Below are positions 17,893-22,189 of a DNA stretch of 22,189 nucleotides, piece after piece. Positions within the stretch are counted from its first letter, which is position 1. Each line of letters begins with the position of its first letter. The position numbers and the translations under genes are program-made. This stretch comes from Fidelibacterota bacterium. GTDB taxonomy: Bacteria > Fidelibacterota > Marinisomatia > Marinisomatales > UBA2128. Location: assembly GCA_046861645.1 (NCBI GenBank), contig JBHHUM010000034.1, positions 1 through 22,189 on the forward strand, in the 5' to 3' direction. The notes beneath the pieces were generated by a model, which ran no database searches, had not been told where the DNA came from, and saw only the letters and a list, made by a program, of their open reading frames with translations.

Positions 17893-18927
17893 TTACGGAC
17901 TTGAGTTCTTTTGGCTGGATTCTCTTACCACTAACTCAACGGGAATTAAACGGGTTTGGTACAGTCGTTCGCTGTTTTTGATTCTATCCATGAGTAACCT
18001 GACCGCCTCCATACCCATCTCAATTTTGGGAACATGAACGGTAGAAAGCGGGGGATGGGTCACAGCAGCATAATTAACATCATCGAAACCGATTACAGCA
18101 ATTTCATCCGGGATGCGTTTATTTTGTTTATCAAGCTCTTGCAGACAACCCAGGGCAATCGTATCATTGACACAAATAATGGCTTGAATATCAGGCACAC
18201 TTTCCAGAACAGAGGACGTCCCTGCAACTCCTACTTCAGGAGTAGCTTCATCATCAATCATGTAATAGAAAGCTTTGTCTCTTGCTGAATCACCCAAACC
18301 GAATTCATCCATACTCGCCTGATAACTCTGAAAACGCTCCCTGATAGAAGGATGATAGAAAGACCCTCCAATAAAACCAATCCTCTTCATACCTTGATTG
18401 ACCAAATGCTCAACAGCCTGATAAACTCCTGAGCGATTGTCCATAAATACAGAATCGACCCTTAGGTCAGATAAGCTGAAATCTATCAACACCTGGGGAA
18501 GATTCACTTTGCGGATGTAGCGAATCAAGTCCTCATGGATGCTGCCAGCAACGATAATACCATCCACATCTCGGCCCTTTAGAAATCTCGGTATGTGACG
18601 GGGAACCTCTAAATCAGCACCTACAGTGGAAAGAAGTAGATAGGTATCATAATTCCGTGCCTCCAACTCCGCCCCTAATAGAATCCTTGAGTAAAATGCT
18701 TCAGATCGGGATAGGTGTACGTCCGATATAATGAAGCCTATATTCCCGGTGTGATTGGAGGCTAATTGTTGAGCACTGCGCAGAGGTCTATAGTTGTACT
18801 CATCAATGATCTTCTGGACTTTTGCTCTGGTGGCATCACTGACATAACCTCGCCCCGACAGGACGAGAGAGACTGTGGATATCGACACCCCCGCAAACTT
18901 GGCGATATCTCTGATTGTAATGCCCAC
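17893..18927 (-). CDS. LacI-family transcriptional repressor
   Basis: N-terminal HTH ITIRDIAKFAGVSISTVSLVL, hinge YRP...AQQL, and ND..ALG, IPDEIAVIGFDD, PPLSTV and LVVRES motifs. GTG start. Confidence 0.97.
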   Translation of the reverse strand: MGITIRDIAKFAGVSISTVSLVLSGRGYVSDATRAKVQKIIDEYNYRPLRSAQQLASNHTGNIGFIISDVHLSRSEAFYSRILLGAELEARNYDTYLLLSTVGADLEVPRHIPRFLKGRDVDGIIVAGSIHEDLIRYIRKVNLPQVLIDFSLSDLRVDSVFMDNRSGVYQAVEHLVNQGMKRIGFIGGSFYHPSIRERFQSYQASMDEFGLGDSARDKAFYYMIDDEATPEVGVAGTSSVLESVPDIQAIICVNDTIALGCLQELDKQNKRIPDEIAVIGFDDVNYAAVTHPPLSTVHVPKIEMGMEAVRLLMDRIKNSERLYQTRLIPVELVVRESSQKNSSP

Positions 18928-18949
18928 TTTATAACTTTCTCATAATGCG

Positions 18950-18969
18950 ATATCGAAACAGTTCGATAT
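18950..18969. promoter_or_regulatory. LacI-family operator (autoregulatory)
   Basis: Palindrome ATATCGAA-ACAG-TTCGATAT, ~23 nt upstream of the repressor start codon. Confidence 0.8.
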
Positions 18970-18994
18970 TATTCACGAATTATTACAAAATCAA
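18966..18994 (-). promoter_or_regulatory. Putative sigma70 promoter of the lacI-family gene
   Basis: Minus strand TTGATT (18994-18989), 17-nt spacer, TAATAT (18971-18966). It overlaps the operator. Confidence 0.5.
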
Positions 18995-19140
18995 TTAGAA
19001 TAGGTTCAAGACTCCAGTTCTTTCTATATCTTTTTGGGAATACAGTATGTAGTATGTACAGAATAACGTTAAGGATTACAGGTTAAAAATTATGGTAATG
19101 GGGTATTTTTCAGACCTGATATTAAATTAACCTGGTTATA

Positions 19141-19742
19141 ATAAGAAAAGCTGAAGAATATATTGCTGGAATAAAGTGTCCCAGATGTGATTTCGACAAG
19201 CTTTACCCACTGTCTGCTCAGCATTTCAAATGTACGTTTGACCATCTGAAATACAGTCCAATGAACTGAAAAAAGATTGGAGATTCCTGCCAATAAAGCT
19301 TCTAAAGACCTTTAATTGAATTATAAGAATGCCCGTCACAAATATATGCAATACCACCAGGAAATTGTGGAGTACCTGGTCCTGTAGTTCAAGAAACTTT
19401 CTGGAAAACTATAATGTGACGAGTCATATATTGGTGGGAAGAATAAAGGCCCAAGAGGGCGAAGTGCTCTTCAGATAATGAAGGTTTTAGTATACTTGAA
19501 TGACCGGGAAAGATCTTTACCACAGTCGTAGATGATGTGTCAGCTGAAACCCTTTTGCTGGTCATTAGTAAGTACGCATAAAAAGGGGTGTGTTTTACAC
19601 CGACAATTTCAAATCGCATAAATCACTAACGTTTGACGGTAAACATATTACGGTTGACCATAAGAAGGAATTTGGGAAAGGGAAGTGTAGTATTAACGGT
19701 CTTGCTCCGACGGGTCGGGGTGTTCGTTTGCTAAAGAACGTT
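19141..19742 (+). pseudogene. Decayed IS1595-family transposase
   Basis: Manual translation across stops and frameshifts gives IKCPRCDFDKLYPL..HFKC (zinc ribbon), LEIPANKASKDL*LNYK, LSGKL*CDESY/GGKNKGPRGRSA, FSILE*PGKIFTTVVDDVSAETLL, FYTDNFKSHKSL...VDHKKEFGKG..INGL and SFAKER. These follow the canonical IS1595 DDE motif order. Confidence 0.85.
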
Positions 19743-19797
19743 TGTAAATGGTCGTATTAAATTTTACCAAAAATGGTCGTTGAAAAGTTTACCACTT
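19743..19797. mobile_element. IS21-like transposon terminus (TGT end with two tandem transposase-binding repeats)
   Basis: TGT at 19743, then AAATGGTCGTATTAAATTTTACCA (19746-19769) and AAATGGTCGTTGAAAAGTTTACCA (19771-19794). It starts exactly where IS1595 homology stops. Confidence 0.75.
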
Positions 19798-19894
19798 TGA
19801 GTTTGAAGTTCTGTTTTTCCTTATTCATTTTCAATTTTTTTACAGTAATGAAGATCATAGTAAATTTCTCTTTACGATTTTTTTATCCCTCCGG

Positions 19895-21052
19895 TTACTC
19901 TGTACCCTGATTAATAATTTCTATAAAACTGAAATAGCTAAATATCCGATTTCGTTTTTGGGCCGTCAGTTCTGTAACAATTCCCAGTTCTATTAAATGT
20001 ACTAGACATTTATTGACAGTTGCGGGGCTAATTCCGGTCTTTTCAACTAAAAAACCGGATGTGGCGATGGGATTCTCCATAAGTACCCGGTGTAATTGCA
20101 GAGTAGAGGCAGCAGCCCTTCCAATCCGGCTAATATTAACCCTGTCTCTATTCATCAAATCAATCAGCTTTTGTGTAGTTTCTACTGCTTGAGTAGCAGT
20201 AATAATTACAGCATCAGCGAAAAAATCAAGCCAAGCTTCCCAGTCACCAGTGAGACGTACATTGTTAAGTAATTCATAATAATAATGTCGATGGGTTTTA
20301 AAATACAAACTGAGATAAAGCATTGGCTTCTTTAAGACTTCATAATCGCACAATATGAGAGTGATCAACAAGCGTCCTAACCTGCCATTACCATCTAAAA
20401 ATGGATGGATGGATTCAAATTGCACATGAGATAAAGCTGCTTTTAGTAATACCGGTGTAGCTCCGGGTTGATCGTGCAGAAATAATTCCAAATCCCCCAT
20501 ACAATCGACAATATTATCAGCTGGTGGTGGTACGTAAACTGCATTTCCCGGACGAGACCCCCCAATCCAATTCTGACTGCGGCGGAATTCACCCGGGGTC
20601 TTATTACTTCCACGACCCTTATTTAAAAGAACACCATGAATTTCCTTGATTAGCCTTAGAGAAAGCGGGAAACCATCCTCTAAACGATTCAAACCATGAT
20701 AGAGTGCAGCAACATAATTGCTCACTTCCCGGACATCATCTATTGGGACACCGGGCTCCTGATCCAGTTCAAAGAGCAGTAAATCCGAAAGTGAGGACTG
20801 GGTACCCTCAATCATTGACGATAGTACTGCTTCCTTCCGGATGTACATGCAAAGGAATATCGAAGTCTCCGGCAACATTATAGAAATACTATCCAATCGG
20901 CCCAGTGCCAATAGCGCTTGGTCAAATTTGTTACGCCGTTCAGGCGTCCAATCAATAGGAGGATGCGGCGGCAGCGGTGCAGGCACGAAAGCCTGCGCTT
21001 TTTCACCCATCGTTGATATTGTTACGTATTTTCCCTGGAGTTTTCTGTTCAT
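19895..21052 (-). CDS. Fic family protein (class II, with C-terminal HTH)
   Basis: Intact catalytic motif HPFLDGNGRLGR, N-terminal inhibitory motif SSMIEGT, PGEFRRSQNWIGG, and a C-terminal winged-helix-like segment (GISPATVNKCL..L.ELGIV.E). Confidence 0.95.
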   Translation of the reverse strand: MNRKLQGKYVTISTMGEKAQAFVPAPLPPHPPIDWTPERRNKFDQALLALGRLDSISIMLPETSIFLCMYIRKEAVLSSMIEGTQSSLSDLLLFELDQEPGVPIDDVREVSNYVAALYHGLNRLEDGFPLSLRLIKEIHGVLLNKGRGSNKTPGEFRRSQNWIGGSRPGNAVYVPPPADNIVDCMGDLELFLHDQPGATPVLLKAALSHVQFESIHPFLDGNGRLGRLLITLILCDYEVLKKPMLYLSLYFKTHRHYYYELLNNVRLTGDWEAWLDFFADAVIITATQAVETTQKLIDLMNRDRVNISRIGRAAASTLQLHRVLMENPIATSGFLVEKTGISPATVNKCLVHLIELGIVTELTAQKRNRIFSYFSFIEIINQGTE

Positions 21053-21194
21053 TTATTCCGAATTCAACCTAAAACAAGAATTGACTTTATTTTACTTTAT
21101 GCCAATATCGTAAAATAACGATGGGAAAGCAAAAACCAAATAACTATTCACTCAGGATGGAAACCTGCTGTGGAAAGTTGCGGGCAACTACCCT

Positions 21195-21218
21195 ATTGCC
21201 TCATAATTAAATGTAACC
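21195..21218. mobile_element. Probable right end of the adjacent IS
   Basis: Minus strand GGTTACATTTAATTATGAGGCAAT lies immediately after the transposase stop. From recall, a GGT.AC...TATGAGGCAA-like end is typical of this transposase group. The partner end is absent. Confidence 0.5.
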
Positions 21219-21222
21219 ATGA

Positions 21223-22137
21223 TCAGTTAAGAGCAGCAGAGTTTTCTGGGGCAGTTTGTAGTGTTGTTTGTTTCAGGATTCTCACCACCTTTTCTTTGAT
21301 CTGCTTTTGCAGCCTGAACGGATCAAGACTTTTGAACACTCTGTTTAGTTCACGTTTAGTTTTATCAGATACTTCCTGGGATTCTATCACTCTTTGGTAC
21401 GGTGTCTTCGGATTATCATACCGTTTTATCAGTTTGGAACCGGAGCGCTGTTTAAGCACCAGTTTTGATGAAGGGACGAAGAAGTTCATGAACAGACGCC
21501 ACTGAGTTGTATAAAGGGTATTAAGTGCCTCTGCCAGTTCAGCTTTCTCAAAACGGTTATAGCCCAGGTACTGCCGTACGATGGTCCAGTTCTTTTCTTC
21601 AATATGAGCATTATCATTTTTGTAGTAAGGACGGGAACGGGTATACTGTACAGGTCTTTTGCGTTTTGTGAAATATTTCAAGAGATGCCAGTTGAGAAAT
21701 TCAGATCCATTGTCACAGTCAAAGCCAAGGATTGGGAAAGGAAGTTCTTTTTCAATATCTTCAACGGCTCCAAACACTCCTTTCTCGCCTCTTCCCCAGA
21801 CAGCTCTTTGTTCTGTCCACCCTGTAGCAATATCGACTGCATTGACGGTATATACAAACATACCGGCCACAGAGGTTCCACAGTGAGCCACTGTATCGGC
21901 TTCCAGAAACCCGGGACGTGTTTCATCCCATTGGTTTGTCTTAATGGGGATATGCTTTTTGAGGATAGAACCAGGCTTGGTTGTGGCGAAGCCTAGTTTA
22001 TGGTACCTGGCACGCAATGGTGCCATAAGACGATCAATGGTGGCCGGTGAGATGGACAATAACAGACGTTTGATTTCAACAGGCAGGGATATGCCATAAT
22101 GATTCTCATAGTAAGGTAACCAGAGAGGAATGGCTGC
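21223..22137 (-). pseudogene. 5'-truncated DDE integrase-core transposase (ISNCY-like)
   Basis: Motifs SPATIDR, PGFLEADTVAHCG, DIATGWTE, GFDCDNGSEF, TRSRPYYKNDNAHIEEKN and KTPYQR. The frame stays open upstream of the track's TTG (AAIPLWLPYYENHYG...KRLLLSIS) until an in-frame TAA at 22138-22140. There is no real start codon and the N-terminal DNA-binding part is missing. Confidence 0.85.
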
Positions 22138-22189
22138 TTATCCACAGTCATTATGTTTAATAGAGAAAGGCAAGTCTCGCTAACTTGTT

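Noticed and set aside
19112..19132. AGACCTGATATTAAATTAACC as the left inverted repeat of the IS1595 relic
   Set aside because: The position is plausible, but no partner repeat exists in the window, so it cannot be supported.
19090..19619. Minus-strand ORFs 19090-19293 and 19389-19619
   Set aside because: They are antisense shadows of the plus-strand IS1595 pseudogene.
19746..19794. Two 24-bp repeats as a CRISPR array
   Set aside because: There are only two copies, 1 nt apart, with no spacers and no cas genes. They fit a transposon end better.
471..21996. Numerous short plus-strand and nested ORFs in the track
   Set aside because: They overlap well-supported genes and lack motifs. The duplicated ones only mirror the DNA repeat.
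22138..22146. DnaA box TTATCCACA as a sign of oriC (also a near-match at ~16523)
   Set aside because: These are isolated boxes with no cluster and no replication genes. The perfect one sits at a mobile-element junction.

Overview
This is a bacterial window, most likely from a non-Bacteroidetes member of the FCB superphylum (Marinisomatota/Calditrichota/KSB1-like). That assignment is inferred from T9SS-type C-terminal domains and a PorV-like gene occurring together with ordinary Shine-Dalgarno sites and sigma70-type promoters. Positions ~338-18927 form a complete minus-strand glycan-utilisation locus. In transcription order it encodes: a LacI repressor; a GH130; a secreted 837-aa protein of four CBM-like modules plus a T9SS-type tail, carrying a 1004-bp exact internal duplication; a TonB-dependent receptor; a ~1096-aa secreted unknown protein with acidic, FN3-like and CTD regions; a PorV/PorQ-like barrel; a sugar ABC binding protein and two permeases; a second GH130 resembling beta-1,2-mannoside phosphorylases; an uncharacterised lipoprotein enzyme; and a MalK-type ATPase. 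There is no SusD gene. Two matching palindromic LacI operators overlap predicted promoters. The right end (~19100-22189) is nested mobile-element debris not shown by the ORF track: a decayed IS1595-family transposase cut by an IS21-like terminal repeat, then an intact Fic gene and a 5'-truncated DDE transposase. The left end has REP-like palindromes. All family assignments come from motif recognition, not database searches.
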